A program made the position numbers and the translations under genes. DNA of 63,936 bases, the filler included, from an uncultured bacterium (GTDB taxonomy: Bacteria; CAYJRR01): assembly GCA_964372275.1 (NCBI GenBank). It is 3 parts of 3 records of this genome, joined end to end, with 100 filler letters (N's around TTAATTAATTAA, not from the genome) between each part and the next. Parts side by side here need not be neighbours in the genome. Positions count along the whole stretch, not along the records: positions 24,836 to 49,405 come from CAYJRR010000070.1; positions 49,506 to 63,936 come from CAYJRR010000114.1; 1 more part is not named here. One strand, 5' to 3'. Shown in pieces: positions 48,091-58,778 of this stretch (the stretch's first letter is position 1; every line of letters starts with the position of its first letter). A model generated the notes under the pieces. It did no database searches. It was not told the DNA's origin and saw nothing but the letters and a program-made list of their open reading frames with translations.

Positions 48091-49405
48091 GGTCCGACCG
48101 ACTCGAGGAGGCGGGTCAGCTCCGCGATCGCCTGCTGCATGCGGGCCGCATCGCCCCCCTTCAGCAGCGTGCGGCTCGTCTCGACCGCGGCCCGGGCGCG
48201 CGCCAACGCCTCTTCACGCCCGGCGAAGGACGGAATCCGCCGCGCCAGGTCGTGCACCAGGCTCTCCAGCCTCTGCCGCGCCCCTTCGATCGACTCCTCG
48301 CGCTTCTCCGCCACCTCGAAGTCGCGCGCCGCGTCGGCCATCTTCGCGACCTCTTCGTCGGTCAGACCCGACCCGGCGGTCACGGTGATCCCCTGCTGCT
48401 TTCCGGTGGTGCGGTCGCGGGCCGAGACGTTGACGATCCCGTCGCTGTCGATCGAGAAGGTGACGTCGATCGTCGGTTCGCCGCGGTGCGCCTCCCGGAT
48501 GCCGGTGAGGAGGAACTCCCCGAGCAGGGCGTTCTCTTCCGCCTTGTTCGACTCGCCCTGCATGACGCGGATCTTCACCGCCGTCTGGTTGTCGTGCGCG
48601 GTGGTGAACTCCTCGCTCTTCTGGCAGGGAACGGTGGTGTTCTTCTCGATCAGCTTCTTGAAGTACCCTCCGACGGTGACGATCCCCAACGACAGCGGCG
48701 TCACGTCGAGCAGCAGCATCTCGCTCTGCTCCGAGAGCGCCGCCCCCTGGATCGCCGCTCCGACCGCCACCGCCTCGTCGGGGTGAACCCCCTTCGACGC
48801 CTCCTTGCCGAAGAACTCCCCGACGCGCCGCTGGACCAGCGGAGAGCGCGTCTGTCCTCCGACCAGGATCACCGCGTCGATCGCCGTCCGCTCGAGCTTC
48901 GCCTCGCGCAACGCCTGATCGCAGATCCGCAGCGTGCGGTCGACGAGCGGTCCGACCAACTCGTCGAACTTGGCGCGCGTCAAGGTCGAGTTCAGGTGGA
49001 GCGATCCGGTGCCGTCGGAGGCGATGAAGGGGAGACTGACCTCAGTCTGCGTCGCGGTCGAAAGCTCCTTCTTCGCCGTCTCCGCCGCGTCCTTCAATCG
49101 CTGCAGCGCCATCCGGTCCTGGCGCAGGTCGATCCTCGTCTTGGCCTGGAACTCGGCCGCCAGGTGCTCGAGGATCGCCCGGTCGAAGTCCTCGCCGCCC
49201 AGGAAGGTGTCGCCGGCGGTGGAGACGACCTCGAAGACGCCGTTCCCGATCTCCATGATCGAGATGTCGAACGTCCCGCCCCCGAGGTCGTAGACCGCGA
49301 AGGTCCCCTGGCTGCCCTTGTCCAGCCCGGAGGCGAGCGCCGCCGCGGTCGGCTCGTTGAGCAGCCTCAAGACCTCCAGCCCCGCCAGCCGCCCCGCGTC
49401 CTTGG
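48087..49405 (-). CDS. dnaK: Hsp70/DnaK family paralog (5' truncated; short C-terminal lid)
   Basis: [67 protein letters not shown]. Confidence 0.9.
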
Positions 49406-49505
49406 NNNNNNNNNNNNNNNNNNNNNNNNNNNNNNNNNNNNNNNNNNNNTTAATTAATTAANNNNNNNNNNNNNNNNNNNNNNNNNNNNNNNNNNNNNNN
49501 NNNNN
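49406..49505. other. Artificial contig linker
   Basis: N-run + TTAATTAATTAA + N-run. Confidence 0.97.
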
Positions 49506-50136
49506 GGGGGCCGCGACGGCGGCGGTCAGCCTCCCCTGTCCCCCGAACGCGTCGGCGAAGGAAGGGATCCTCGGGGCCGCGAAGGTGATGTGGTGCGAGC
49601 GCAAGGACGGCGTCCGCAACGGCAGCTACTGGAGCTGGTGGGAGAACGGCCGGGCGAAGCAGGTCGGCTCGTACGCCGACGGCATCCAGTCCGGCGTGTG
49701 GACCCGGTGGTGGCCGAACGGACAGAAGCAGGAAGAGGGGACCTACTGGAACGGCCTGCGCGAAGGGGTCTGGCAGTCGTGGTTCGAGGACGGCCGCCCG
49801 CAGTCGTACGCCGAATACAAGGCCGGGACGCTCGACGGCCTCTGGGTGTCGTGGTACCGGACCGGCGCCAAGTCCGAAGAGGGGCGTCTGGTGAACGGCG
49901 AGCCGGAAGGGCGATGGACCTATTGGTACGCCAACGGCGCGAAGATGAAGGAAGGGCTCCTCGTGCGAGGCACGCCGGACGGCCCGTGGACCCACTGGTA
50001 CGCGAACGGCGCGTTGCAGTCCTCGGGGCTCTATCAGATCGGACGCCGCGCCGGGCCGTGGAACGAGTGGGACGAGAAGGGGCGCGTCTCGCAAATCCTC
50101 TACGGTTCCGTTGCCCCCGCGCCGCGCCGGCGATAG
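49506..50136 (+). CDS. MORN-variant repeat protein (YwqK-like), 5' truncated
   Basis: About six G.W..W..NG....EG.Y..G repeats. Confidence 0.85.
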
Positions 50137-50228
50137 GCCGGACCCGATCCGAGTCGGATCGGTTCGGATCGGATCGGACACGGTTACCGATACCGCTACG
50201 AATCGGCTCCGATCGGGTCGGCTCGGCG
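50137..50228. repeat. Pentamer (CCGAT/ATCGG-like) repeat tract between convergent genes
   Basis: cccgatccgagtcggatcggttcggatcggatcgg...aatcggctccgatcgggtcggctcgg; mixed orientations could form hairpins. Confidence 0.7.
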
Positions 50229-50630
50229 CTAGCCGCGCGCGGGCGGTCCGGCGGCTGGCTTCTTGACCGCGCCGATGCCGCTTCCCTTCCGCGGGCCTTT
50301 GCGGGTTCGCGCGTTGGTGTGCGTGCGCTGCCCGCGCACGGGCAGGCCGCGGCGATGGCGAAGCCCGCGGTAGGTGCCGAGGTCCATCAGCCGCTTGATG
50401 TTCATCGAGATCTCTTTTCGGAGATCGCCCTCCACCTTGTAGTGGGCGTCGATCACGTCGCGAATCTTGGCGACTTCGCCCTCGGTCAGGTCGTCCGAAC
50501 GCTTGGCGGCGTCGACACCGGCCGCCTTGAGGATGCGCTGGGCCCGGTCACGACCGATGCCGTAGATGTAAGTGAGGGCGATCTCCATCCGCTTGTTGCG
50601 GGGAAGGTCGACGCCGGCGATACGTGCCAC
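50229..50630 (-). CDS. rpsM: 30S ribosomal protein S13
   Basis: [12 protein letters not shown]...[26 protein letters not shown]. Confidence 0.97.
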   Translation of the reverse strand: MARIAGVDLPRNKRMEIALTYIYGIGRDRAQRILKAAGVDAAKRSDDLTEGEVAKIRDVIDAHYKVEGDLRKEISMNIKRLMDLGTYRGLRHRRGLPVRGQRTHTNARTRKGPRKGSGIGAVKKPAAGPPARG

Positions 50631-50668
50631 GGATCGTTCTCCTAGCGAGGGGTTCGGGGGTCGGCCTT

Positions 50669-50782
50669 CTAGCCCTGGCGCTGCTTGTGTCGCGGGTTGT
50701 CGCAGATGACGCGGATGATCCCCTTGCGGCGGACCACCTTGCACTTGTCGCAGATCTTCTTGACCGAGGCTTGAACGCGCAT
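50669..50782 (-). CDS. rpmJ: 50S ribosomal protein L36 (Zn-binding type)
   Basis: Manual translation [37 protein letters not shown] (37 aa). Confidence 0.96.
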   Translation of the reverse strand: MRVQASVKKICDKCKVVRRKGIIRVICDNPRHKQRQG

Positions 50783-50805
50783 GGAAGGGCTCCTGGAAAC
50801 GGCCG

Positions 50806-50835
50806 CTTATAGCAAAGGGTCGTAGCGGGTGGCAA
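50806..50835 (-). promoter_or_regulatory. Putative sigma70 promoter for rpmJ-rpsM
   Basis: TTGCCA-18 nt-TATAAG with TG extension on the minus strand. Confidence 0.5.
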
Positions 50836-50840
50836 GCCTC

Positions 50841-51626
50841 CTAGAAGGGGGCGGCGGGGGCCCGCGCGGCCTCGGGATCGAGCACGCTCAGGATCTCCGG
50901 GCCGTCCTCGGTGACCGCCACCGAGTGCTCGAAGTGGGCGGAAAGGCGGCCGTCGACGGTCAGGGCGGTCCACCCGTCGGCGGCGATGTAGACGTCCGGA
51001 CGGCCGGCATTGACCATCGGTTCGATCGCGAAGACCATCCCCGCCCGGATCCGCTCCCCCCGGCCCGGGCGACCGTAGTTGGGGATCTTGGGATCCTCGT
51101 GGAGCTTCCGGCCGATGCCGTGACCGACGAAGTCCCGTACCACGCTGTAGCCGGCGGCCTCGGCGACCGCCTGGACGGCGGCTCCGATGTCCCCGATCGT
51201 GTTCCCGGGGCGAACCTTGGAGATCCCCTCCAGGAGGCTGGCTTCCGTCACCCGCATCAGCCGCTCCGCCTCCGGGTCGACCCGGCCCACCGGCCAGGTG
51301 CGGGCCGCATCGCCGTACCAGCCCTTGTAGATCACCCCCATGTCGAGACCGACGATGTCCCCCTCCTCCAGGATCTTGGTCGGGCTCGGCACGCCGTGAA
51401 CCACCACTTCGTTCACCGAGACGCACAGGGTGTGCTGGTAGCCGCGATACCCTTTGAAGGCGGGAACGGCACCCAACTCTTTCGTCCACTCCTCGGCCAT
51501 GCGATCCAGGTCGAGGGTGGTGACCCCGGGCTTCACCTGCTCCCGCAGGCGGACGTGGATCTCCGCCACGATGCGGTTGGCCGTCCGCATCACGTCGATC
51601 TCGCGCGGGCTCTTGACGATGATCAC
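50841..51626 (-). CDS. map: Methionine aminopeptidase type I
   Basis: CVSVNEVVVHGVP, GWYGD, GHGIG..LHEDP, AIEPM, SAHFEHS. Confidence 0.96.
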   Translation of the reverse strand: MIIVKSPREIDVMRTANRIVAEIHVRLREQVKPGVTTLDLDRMAEEWTKELGAVPAFKGYRGYQHTLCVSVNEVVVHGVPSPTKILEEGDIVGLDMGVIYKGWYGDAARTWPVGRVDPEAERLMRVTEASLLEGISKVRPGNTIGDIGAAVQAVAEAAGYSVVRDFVGHGIGRKLHEDPKIPNYGRPGRGERIRAGMVFAIEPMVNAGRPDVYIAADGWTALTVDGRLSAHFEHSVAVTEDGPEILSVLDPEAARAPAAPF

Positions 51627-52264
51627 GAGACCGCGGCGCGGATGCGGGCGAAGACCTCGTCGATCTCCCCCAGGCCCTGCACCCGCTGGAGCCGGCCCGA
51701 TTTTTCGTAGAACGGGCGGAGCGGCGCGGTGAACTTCTCGTACTCGGTGAGCCGCTTCCGGACCGTCTCCTCCTCGTCGTCCTTCCGTTGCACGAGCGCC
51801 CCGCCGCACTTGTCGCAGGTCCCCTCGCGCTTCGGCGGATTGAACTCGACATGGTACATCGACCCGTCGTTCGGGCAGGTGCGTCGCCCGACGGCGCGGC
51901 GGACGATCTCGGCATGCGGCACCTCGACCTCCACCACGCGCTCGAGCGGGAGCCCGCGCTTCGCCAGCCGGGCGTCGAGCGCCTCGGCCTGCGGGATCGT
52001 CCGCGGGAAGCCGTCGAGGATGTAGCCGTCGATCCCCTTGTCGAGCTCGCGGTCGACGAGATTCAGGATCAGCTCGTCGGGCACGAGCTTTCCCGCGTCC
52101 ATGTAGCTCTGCGCCTCACGACCGATCGGCGTGCCCGCCTTTCGCTCGGCGCGAAGGATGTCGCCGGTCGAGATCTGCGGAACCCGGTAGGCGGCAACCA
52201 GCTTCTGCGCCTGGGTCCCTTTCCCCGCCCCGGGCGGCCCCAGCAGCACGATCCGTAGTTTCAT
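51623..52264 (-). CDS. adk: Adenylate kinase
   Basis: GPPGAGKGTQ, STGDILR, LDGFPR, lid CPND...CDKC. Confidence 0.97.
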   Translation of the reverse strand: MKLRIVLLGPPGAGKGTQAQKLVAAYRVPQISTGDILRAERKAGTPIGREAQSYMDAGKLVPDELILNLVDRELDKGIDGYILDGFPRTIPQAEALDARLAKRGLPLERVVEVEVPHAEIVRRAVGRRTCPNDGSMYHVEFNPPKREGTCDKCGGALVQRKDDEEETVRKRLTEYEKFTAPLRPFYEKSGRLQRVQGLGEIDEVFARIRAAVS

Positions 52265-52274
52265 CCCCCCCCCC

Positions 52275-53681
52275 TTAGCGTCCGCCGGTCCGGCCGCGGC
52301 CCTTGATCCGCGCCGCGCGGGGCCCGAGCAGGCCGTCGTAGTGCCGGGTGAGAAGATGGCTCTCGATCTGGGCAACGGTATCGATCGCCACGCCGACGAC
52401 GATCAGAAGGCTCGTCCCGCCGAAATAGAACGGAACGTCGAAGTATCCGATCATCACGTTCGGCAGGACGCAGATGGCCGCCAGGTAGAGCGCCCCGCCG
52501 ACCGAGATGCGGGTGAGCACGCGGTCGATGTACTCCGCCGTCTTCTTCCCGGCCCGGATCCCGGGGATGAATCCGCCGTACTTCTTCATGTTGTCGGCGA
52601 CGTCGACCGGATTGAACGTGACCGCGGTGTAGAAGAAGGTGAAGAAGATGATGAACGCGACGAACAGAACGTTGTAGAGCCACCCTCCCGGACTGAGCAC
52701 GTTGGCGATCTGCTGCAGCGTGTCGCTCTGCCAGAAGGTGAGGATCGTCGCCGGGAACATGATGATCGAGCTGGCGAAGATCGGCGGGATGACGCCCGCG
52801 GAGTTGATTTTCAGCGGCAGGTGGGTGCTCTGCCCCCCGTACATCTTCCGCCCGACGACCCGTTTGGCGTACTGCACCGGGATCCGTCGCTGTCCCCGCT
52901 CGCAGAAGATGATGGCGGCGATGACCGCCACCATCAGCGCGACCATCCCCAGGATCTTGACGGCGCTCGCCTGGCCGAGGGTGTAGAGCTCCCACTCGTT
53001 GTAGACCGCGGCCGGCATGCGGGCGACGATGCCGGCGAAGATGATGAGCGAGATTCCGTTGCCGATTCCACGCTCGGTGATCTGCTCCCCCATCCACATG
53101 ATGAGCGCCGTTCCGGCGGTCAGGGAGATCACGGCCAGCGCGATGAACTTGAATCCGGGATCGGGGACGATCGCCCCCGCCGCCCCGACCGGCGCCATGC
53201 GGGTGAGACCCAGGGCGATCATCGTCCCCTGCACCAGCGCGAGCACGATGGTGAAGTAGCGCGTGTACTGGTTGATCTTGCGGCGCCCCGACTCCCCTTC
53301 CTTCTGCAGGTTCTCGAGGAACGGGATCACCACCCCCAGGAGCTGCAGGATGATCGATGCCGAGATGTAGGGCATGATCCCCAGCGTCACGACGCTGAAC
53401 TGCTCCAGCGCCCCCCCCGAGAACATGTCGTAGATCGAAAACAGCGTCCCCTGGGCGCCCGGCTGGTTGGGGTTCGAGCCGATCGGGGCCATCGGCGTGC
53501 CCTCCGGCGCGGTGGCGTTGGCGACCGGGTCCTTGCCGAAGAAGGTCGACAGCGCCTTCCCGTTCACACCGGGGACCGGGATGAAGACGAACATGCGATA
53601 CAGCCCGAGGAGCAGGATGGTGAAGACGATCCGCTTCCGGAGCTCCGGGATCTTCGTGACGTTGCCGATGCCGCCTACCAA
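52275..53681 (-). CDS. secY: Preprotein translocase SecY
   Basis: LGIMPYISASII, GEQITERGIGNGISL, GVIPPIFA, IPGIRAG, GGTSLLIVVGV. Confidence 0.97.
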   Translation of the reverse strand: MVGGIGNVTKIPELRKRIVFTILLLGLYRMFVFIPVPGVNGKALSTFFGKDPVANATAPEGTPMAPIGSNPNQPGAQGTLFSIYDMFSGGALEQFSVVTLGIMPYISASIILQLLGVVIPFLENLQKEGESGRRKINQYTRYFTIVLALVQGTMIALGLTRMAPVGAAGAIVPDPGFKFIALAVISLTAGTALIMWMGEQITERGIGNGISLIIFAGIVARMPAAVYNEWELYTLGQASAVKILGMVALMVAVIAAIIFCERGQRRIPVQYAKRVVGRKMYGGQSTHLPLKINSAGVIPPIFASSIIMFPATILTFWQSDTLQQIANVLSPGGWLYNVLFVAFIIFFTFFYTAVTFNPVDVADNMKKYGGFIPGIRAGKKTAEYIDRVLTRISVGGALYLAAICVLPNVMIGYFDVPFYFGGTSLLIVVGVAIDTVAQIESHLLTRHYDGLLGPRAARIKGRGRTGGR

Positions 53682-53786
53682 GATCGTGACCCCTTCCTTC
53701 GGAGAGAGTGGGGGGAAAGACTACCGCGGAGACTTCGTCCGGCGCGAGTTCGGTGCGGCGACCCGCCGAAAGGGCCGTTGGAGGTC

Positions 53787-54245
53787 CTATCCGGCCGAAA
53801 CGAGCTCGGCCTTTCCGCCGGCCGCTTCGATCTTCTTCTTCGCCTCGGCGCTGTAGCGGTCGACCCTCACCGTGAACTTCGCCTTGGCCTCGCCGACCGA
53901 CAACAGCTTCACCGGACGGTCTGCGTGGTGGATCTTCCCCGCCGCCTTGAGGGCCGCGGCGTCGATCACGCCGTTCGTGGCGAACTTCGCCGCCGCCTCC
54001 AGATCGCGCACGTTCACCGGCTGGTACTCCACCCGGAACGGGTTCTGGAAACCGAACTTCGGCACCCGGCGGTGGAACGGCATCTGCCCGCCCTCGAAGC
54101 CGGGGCGGACGTTTCCGCTGGTGCGCGCGCGCTGCCCCTTGTGGCCGCGCCCCGAGGTCTTGCCCAGGCCGGAGCCGATGCCGCGGCCCACGCGCTTGCG
54201 GGCGGAGGTCGCGTTGACCGGCGGTTTGAGGTCCGAGAGGTTCAT
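53787..54245 (-). CDS. rplO: 50S ribosomal protein L15
   Basis: RVGRGIGSGLGKTSGRGHKGQ, GFEGGQMP. Confidence 0.97.
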   Translation of the reverse strand: MNLSDLKPPVNATSARKRVGRGIGSGLGKTSGRGHKGQRARTSGNVRPGFEGGQMPFHRRVPKFGFQNPFRVEYQPVNVRDLEAAAKFATNGVIDAAALKAAGKIHHADRPVKLLSVGEAKAKFTVRVDRYSAEAKKKIEAAGGKAELVSAG

Positions 54246-54249
54246 GGCG

Positions 54250-54564
54250 TCAGGTCCCTTTCTTGGAGGTCTTCGCGGCGGGTTTCTTGGTCTTGGCCCC
54301 CGACGCCCGCGCGCTCGCGGCGCCGCCGGCCGCGGCGGTGACGATCGCCCCCTTCCAGGCGGCCTTTGGCGCCGGATCCCCTTCCACCACGCGCACCAGG
54401 TGACGGACCTTCTCCACCTGCCCCCGCGCGGCCTTCGTGTCCTTCAGCGTCACGATCGCGTGGCGCTTGCGGAGTCCGAGTCCGAGAAGGGTCCTCTTCT
54501 GCGTCTTGTCGAATCCGATGCCGCTCTTGAGGAGCTGCACCCGGAAGGTTCCTTCGTTGGCCAT
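54250..54564 (-). CDS. rpmD: 50S ribosomal protein L30 with Ala/Lys C-terminal extension
   Basis: [21 protein letters not shown]...[10 protein letters not shown]; position between rpsE and rplO. Confidence 0.92.
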   Translation of the reverse strand: MANEGTFRVQLLKSGIGFDKTQKRTLLGLGLRKRHAIVTLKDTKAARGQVEKVRHLVRVVEGDPAPKAAWKGAIVTAAAGGAASARASGAKTKKPAAKTSKKGT

Positions 54565-54681
54565 GACCGCTCGCCTCGTGCGTCCTTCGTTAGGAGTTCC
54601 AAACCTCTTCCCGATCCCGTCGTCCCGGTTGCCGCGGCCGCCGCACACGTCCGGCGCGCCCCGGCGGCTCGGCGTGGGCCG

Positions 54682-55209
54682 TTACGCGCCGGCCGCCTCC
54701 GCCTCCGCCGCCTTCTCGGCCGCCGCCAGGCGCCGATCGCGCGCGTCGGGGCCCTTGAGCATCTTCAGCCCCTCCATCGTCGCCTTCAGCACGTTGTGCG
54801 GGTTGTTCGTCCCGATGCACTTGGTGAGGACGTTCTTCACTCCGGCCGCCTCGACGATGGCGCGCACCGCGCCGCCCGCGATCACGCCGGTACCCGGTCC
54901 GGCCGGCTTGAGCATCACCTTTCCCGCCCCGAAGATCCCGACCACCGGGTGCGGAATCGTCCCCCCCTCGACCAGCGGAACGCGGATCAGCGCCTTGCGC
55001 GCCTGATCGCCCCCCTTGCGGATCGCCTCCGGGACCTCCTTCGCCTTGCCGAGGCCGAACCCAACGATCCCCGAGCCGTCGCCGAGCACGACCAACGCGG
55101 AGAAGGAGAAGCGCCTGCCGCCCTTGACCACCTTGGCGACGCGGTTGATGTGGACGACCTTGTCCTTGAGGTCGAGGTCGGCCGCGTTGATCCGTTGTCG
55201 TAGCTCCAT
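54682..55209 (-). CDS. rpsE: 30S ribosomal protein S5
   Basis: [21 protein letters not shown]. Confidence 0.97.
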   Translation of the reverse strand: MELRQRINAADLDLKDKVVHINRVAKVVKGGRRFSFSALVVLGDGSGIVGFGLGKAKEVPEAIRKGGDQARKALIRVPLVEGGTIPHPVVGIFGAGKVMLKPAGPGTGVIAGGAVRAIVEAAGVKNVLTKCIGTNNPHNVLKATMEGLKMLKGPDARDRRLAAAEKAAEAEAAGA

Positions 55210-55218
55210 CGATTCTCC

Positions 55219-55575
55219 TTAGAACTTCAGTCCGCCTTCGCGGGCGCTGTCGGCCAGGGCCTTGATCCGTCCGTGATACTTGAATCCGCCGCGGTCGAAG
55301 ACGACCTCGACGATCGATTTGAGCTTGGCCTGCGCCGCCACCGCGGAGCCGACCTTCTTCGCCCCTTCGACGGTGTCCCCCGCGTCGCGTAAGCCCTTCT
55401 CCACCGTCGACGCCGACGCCAGGGTCACCCCCTTGGAGTCGTCGATGACTTGCGCGTAGAGGTGCTTTCCGCTGCGGAAGACGGCGAGCCGCGGGCGCGC
55501 GCTCGTCCCCTGCACCTTGCGGCGGATCCGCTCCCGCCGCCGCGCCCGGGTGACATCTCGTCCTACGTTGGCCAT
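55219..55575 (-). CDS. rplR: 50S ribosomal protein L18
   Basis: [28 protein letters not shown]. Confidence 0.97.
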   Translation of the reverse strand: MANVGRDVTRARRRERIRRKVQGTSARPRLAVFRSGKHLYAQVIDDSKGVTLASASTVEKGLRDAGDTVEGAKKVGSAVAAQAKLKSIVEVVFDRGGFKYHGRIKALADSAREGGLKF

Positions 55576-55601
55576 GGCTTGCTCGTTCCTTCCTCGTTCC
55601 G

Positions 55602-56144
55602 TTAGCCCGTCGCCCCGGCCTTGCCGACCTTCACCCGGAGCTTCTCACCGGCGTACTTGATCCCTTTCCCCTTGTAGACGTCCGGGGGACGGAAGGCACG
55701 GATCTTGGCCGCCGTCTGACCGACCAGCTCCTTGTCGATGCCGGAGACGGACAGGTTCACCGCCTTGTCGACGGCGATCTTTACGCCTTTCGGGATCGGA
55801 TACTTGATGGTGTGGGTGAAGCCGACGTTGAGCGCCAGCGACTCGCCGGCGACCTCCGCCTTGAAGCCGACGCCCACGATCTCCAGCTTCTTCTCGTAGC
55901 CCTTGGTCACGCCGTCGACCATGTTCTGGACGAGGGTCCGGGACAGACCGTGGAGGCTCTTCGACGGCTTGGAGTCGTCGGGACGCCCCACCACGACGTT
56001 CGAGCCGTCGACCTTGACGGTGATCGGCGCGACGAGCTCGCGCGCGAGCTGCCCCTTGGGACCCTTGACGGTGACGGTGCGCCCGGTCGCCTGGACCGTC
56101 ACCCCCTGCGGGATCGCGACCGGTTTCTTTCCGATTCGAGACAT
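55602..56144 (-). CDS. rplF: 50S ribosomal protein L6
   Basis: [19 protein letters not shown]. Confidence 0.97.
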   Translation of the reverse strand: MSRIGKKPVAIPQGVTVQATGRTVTVKGPKGQLARELVAPITVKVDGSNVVVGRPDDSKPSKSLHGLSRTLVQNMVDGVTKGYEKKLEIVGVGFKAEVAGESLALNVGFTHTIKYPIPKGVKIAVDKAVNLSVSGIDKELVGQTAAKIRAFRPPDVYKGKGIKYAGEKLRVKVGKAGATG

Positions 56145-56168
56145 GGCTTTGGTCTCCTCGTTCCTTCC

Positions 56169-56567
56169 TTACCAGACCCGGCAGATCAGCTCCCCGCCGA
56201 CCCCCTTCTCGCGCGCGGAGCGGTCCGAGAGCACGCCCTTGCTGGTGGTGAGGATGGAGATCCCCAGGCCGCTCATCGTCTGCGGGATCTTGTCGGCCCC
56301 GACGTAGGTCCGGTACCCCGGCCGGGAGATGCGGTCCAGTCCCGTGATCGAGGGGACCTTGTTCGCGTCGTACTTCAACGTCAGCCGCAGCGCCGGATGG
56401 CCCCGCTCGTCCTTCACCGGGCGGTAGCCGCGGATGAACCCCTCCTCCTGGAGGATGTCGCTGAGCCGCGCCTTGATCTTGGACGCCGGCACGTCGACCG
56501 TCTCCTTGCGGGAGCGGATGGCGTTGCGGATTCGCGAGAGGTAGTCGGAGATCGGATCGGTCATCAT
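56169..56567 (-). CDS. rpsH: 30S ribosomal protein S8
   Basis: MTDPISDYLSRIRN, ISRPG, GVGGE. Confidence 0.97.
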   Translation of the reverse strand: MMTDPISDYLSRIRNAIRSRKETVDVPASKIKARLSDILQEEGFIRGYRPVKDERGHPALRLTLKYDANKVPSITGLDRISRPGYRTYVGADKIPQTMSGLGISILTTSKGVLSDRSAREKGVGGELICRVW

Positions 56568-56583
56568 GATTCTTTTCCTCGGC

Positions 56584-56769
56584 TCACCAGGAGGCCTTCA
56601 CCACGCCCGGGATCTCCCCCTTGAGGGCGAGGGAGCGGAAGCAGATACGGCACATCGAAAACTTCCGCAGGTAGGCCCGCGGCCGCCCGCAGAGCGGGCA
56701 CCGGTTGTAGGCCCGGGTGCTGAACTTGGGCTGCCGTTTGGCCTGCGCAATCTTGCTCTTCTTCGCCAT
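56584..56769 (-). CDS. rpsN: 30S ribosomal protein S14 (type Z)
   Basis: RCPLCGR...CRIC, GVVKASW. Confidence 0.97.
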   Translation of the reverse strand: MAKKSKIAQAKRQPKFSTRAYNRCPLCGRPRAYLRKFSMCRICFRSLALKGEIPGVVKASW

Positions 56770-56777
56770 CGATTCTC

Positions 56778-57314
56778 CTAGTTGCGAAACGGCATCCCAA
56801 GGTGTTTGAGGAGGGCCTTCCCCTCCGCGTCATTCTTCGCGCTGGTGACGATCGCGATGTTCATCCCCTGGACGCGTTCCATCTTCTCGTAGTCGATCTC
56901 GGGGAAGATGATCTGCTCCTGGATCCCCAGCGAGTAGTTCCCGCGACCGTCGAACGCCTTGCCCGAGACCCCCTTGAAGTCGCGGACGCGCGGCAGCGCA
57001 ACGTTGATCAGCTTGGCGAGGAAGTCGTACATCCTCGGCCCCCGCAGCGTGACCATCACGCCGATCGGCATGTTGCCGCGAAGCTTGTAGGTGGCGATCG
57101 CCTTCCGCGCGCGGGTGACCACCGGCTTTTGACCGGTGATCGCCTGGATCTCCGCCGCGGCCGCGTCCAACACCTTGGGGTTGTTGACCGCTTCCTTGGT
57201 GGTGGTGTTGAGGATGACCTTCTCGACCTTCGGCACCTGCATCGGGTTCTTGTAGCCGAACTCCTTCATCAGGGCCGGGACGACTTCCTTCTTGTATCTC
57301 TCTTGGATCTTCAT
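56778..57314 (-). CDS. rplE: 50S ribosomal protein L5
   Basis: [22 protein letters not shown]. Confidence 0.97.
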   Translation of the reverse strand: MKIQERYKKEVVPALMKEFGYKNPMQVPKVEKVILNTTTKEAVNNPKVLDAAAAEIQAITGQKPVVTRARKAIATYKLRGNMPIGVMVTLRGPRMYDFLAKLINVALPRVRDFKGVSGKAFDGRGNYSLGIQEQIIFPEIDYEKMERVQGMNIAIVTSAKNDAEGKALLKHLGMPFRN

Positions 57315-57634
57315 CCGATGACCTCGCCGCTCTTCACCGAGACCCGGACTTTCTTCCCGTCGACCACCTTGGTGCGGACGCGCGTCGGCCGGTCGAGCTT
57401 GGGATCGATCAGCATCACGTTGGAGATGGAGATCGGCGCCTCCTTCTCCACGATCCCGCCGGTGCGGTTCCCCTGGCCGGGCTTGGTGTGACGCTTGACC
57501 AGATTGAGCTTCTCCACCACCACTCGCGACGGACGGCCGGCGTCGTCCTTGAGGATGCGGAGCACGCGGCCCCGCTTCCCGATCTCGCGGCCGAGCAGCA
57601 CCGCGACGGTGTCCCCTTTGCGGATGTGACTCAT
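57311..57634 (-). CDS. rplX: 50S ribosomal protein L24
   Basis: [23 protein letters not shown]. Confidence 0.96.
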   Translation of the reverse strand: MSHIRKGDTVAVLLGREIGKRGRVLRILKDDAGRPSRVVVEKLNLVKRHTKPGQGNRTGGIVEKEAPISISNVMLIDPKLDRPTRVRTKVVDGKKVRVSVKSGEVIG

Positions 57635-57999
57635 AGGACCTCCGGGGCGAGCGAGATGATCTTGAGGAACTTCTTGGCCCGGAGCTCGCGCGCCACCGGC
57701 CCGAAGATGCGGGTTCCGATCGGCTCCTTTTTGGCGTCGATCAGGACCGCGCTGTTGGAGTCGAACTTGATGTACGACCCGTCGGAGCGCCCCACCTCGC
57801 GGATGGTGCGGACGATGACCGCCTTGGCCACGTCCCCCTTCTTCACCTTCGCGGCGGGGAGCGCTTCCTTGATCGCGACCACCACCACGTCGCCGAGAGT
57901 GGCGTATTTCCGCTTCGATCCGCCCAGCACCTTGATCACCTGCATGCGCTTGGCGCCCGAGTTGTCGGCCGCGTCGAGATAGGTATGAAACTGGATCAT
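57631..57999 (-). CDS. rplN: 50S ribosomal protein L14
   Basis: [27 protein letters not shown]. Confidence 0.97.
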   Translation of the reverse strand: MIQFHTYLDAADNSGAKRMQVIKVLGGSKRKYATLGDVVVVAIKEALPAAKVKKGDVAKAVIVRTIREVGRSDGSYIKFDSNSAVLIDAKKEPIGTRIFGPVARELRAKKFLKIISLAPEVL

Positions 58000-58002
58000 G
58001 GT

Positions 58003-58326
58003 CTACACCTCGACGGCGCGGGTGAGGATCTTCCCCACCTTCCACTTCTTGTCCTTGGAGATCGGCTTGGTCTCGTAGATCAGCACCCGGTCGCCGACCT
58101 TCGCCTCGTTCTTTTCGTCGTGCGCCTTGAACTTCGACTTCCGCACGACGTACTTCTGGTAGAGCGGGTCCTTCACCTTGCGTGAGACCTTCACCACCAC
58201 GGTCTTCTGCATCTTGTCGCTGGTCACGATGCCGACCATCGACTTGCGAAGACCGCGGGCCCTCGTCCCGGAAGGCGTCTGGTTGCCGTGGGTCTGCGCG
58301 GGGGATTTCGTCTGCTGCGTCGCCAT
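58003..58326 (-). CDS. rpsQ: 30S ribosomal protein S17 (N-terminal extension)
   Basis: [29 protein letters not shown]. Confidence 0.96.
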   Translation of the reverse strand: MATQQTKSPAQTHGNQTPSGTRARGLRKSMVGIVTSDKMQKTVVVKVSRKVKDPLYQKYVVRKSKFKAHDEKNEAKVGDRVLIYETKPISKDKKWKVGKILTRAVEV

Positions 58327-58335
58327 TGCCGCTCC

Positions 58336-58773
58336 TTACTTCTTCTGGGCCGAAGCCTTGGTTTTGGTCTTGGTCGCCTTGGACTCCGACTTCGCCGCCG
58401 CGGCGGTTCTCTTCTTCGCCGGTGCCGGTGCTGCCGCCTTGCCCTTGGCGGTGCCCTTGGTCTTCGCCGCCTTGGCCGGCGCCGCGTCGGCGCCCGCGGG
58501 CACCGCTCCGGGGAGGACCTTCGGCTTGGCCGTGGGGGCGGTTCCCTTGCTCACGTCGGTACCCGCGGTCACGATCAGTTCCAGCCCGAGCTCCCGGGCG
58601 CGCAGCACCGTCTTCACGCGGGCCAGCGACCGCTTGGCGTTCTCGATCTTCGACGTGTTCTCGAGCTGACCGGTCCGCTTCTGCAGCTTCGCCGCGAAGA
58701 CGTTCTCGGTGAGCTCCTTTTCCAGCGCCCGAAGCGAATCGGTGTCCTTCTCGCGTAGCTCGCTCATCTTCAT
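58336..58773 (-). CDS. rpmC: 50S ribosomal protein L29 with ~80-aa Lys/Ala C-terminal extension
   Basis: MKMSELREK...TGQLENTSKI..KRSLARVKTVLR; position between rplP and rpsQ. Confidence 0.93.
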   Translation of the reverse strand: MKMSELREKDTDSLRALEKELTENVFAAKLQKRTGQLENTSKIENAKRSLARVKTVLRARELGLELIVTAGTDVSKGTAPTAKPKVLPGAVPAGADAAPAKAAKTKGTAKGKAAAPAPAKKRTAAAAKSESKATKTKTKASAQKK

Positions 58774-58778
58774 GGCCG

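Noticed and set aside
49506-50136. YwqK-like antitoxin as part of a toxin-antitoxin system
   Set aside because: MORN-variant repeats are generic, the gene is truncated, and no toxin is visible
50137-50228. Repeat tract as a CRISPR array
   Set aside because: Units are 5 bp with no unique spacers and no cas genes; no CRISPR array was seen in the window
50783-50840. Absence of infA between map and rpmJ
   Set aside because: infA lies elsewhere in many lineages, including many Deltaproteobacteria; not remarkable
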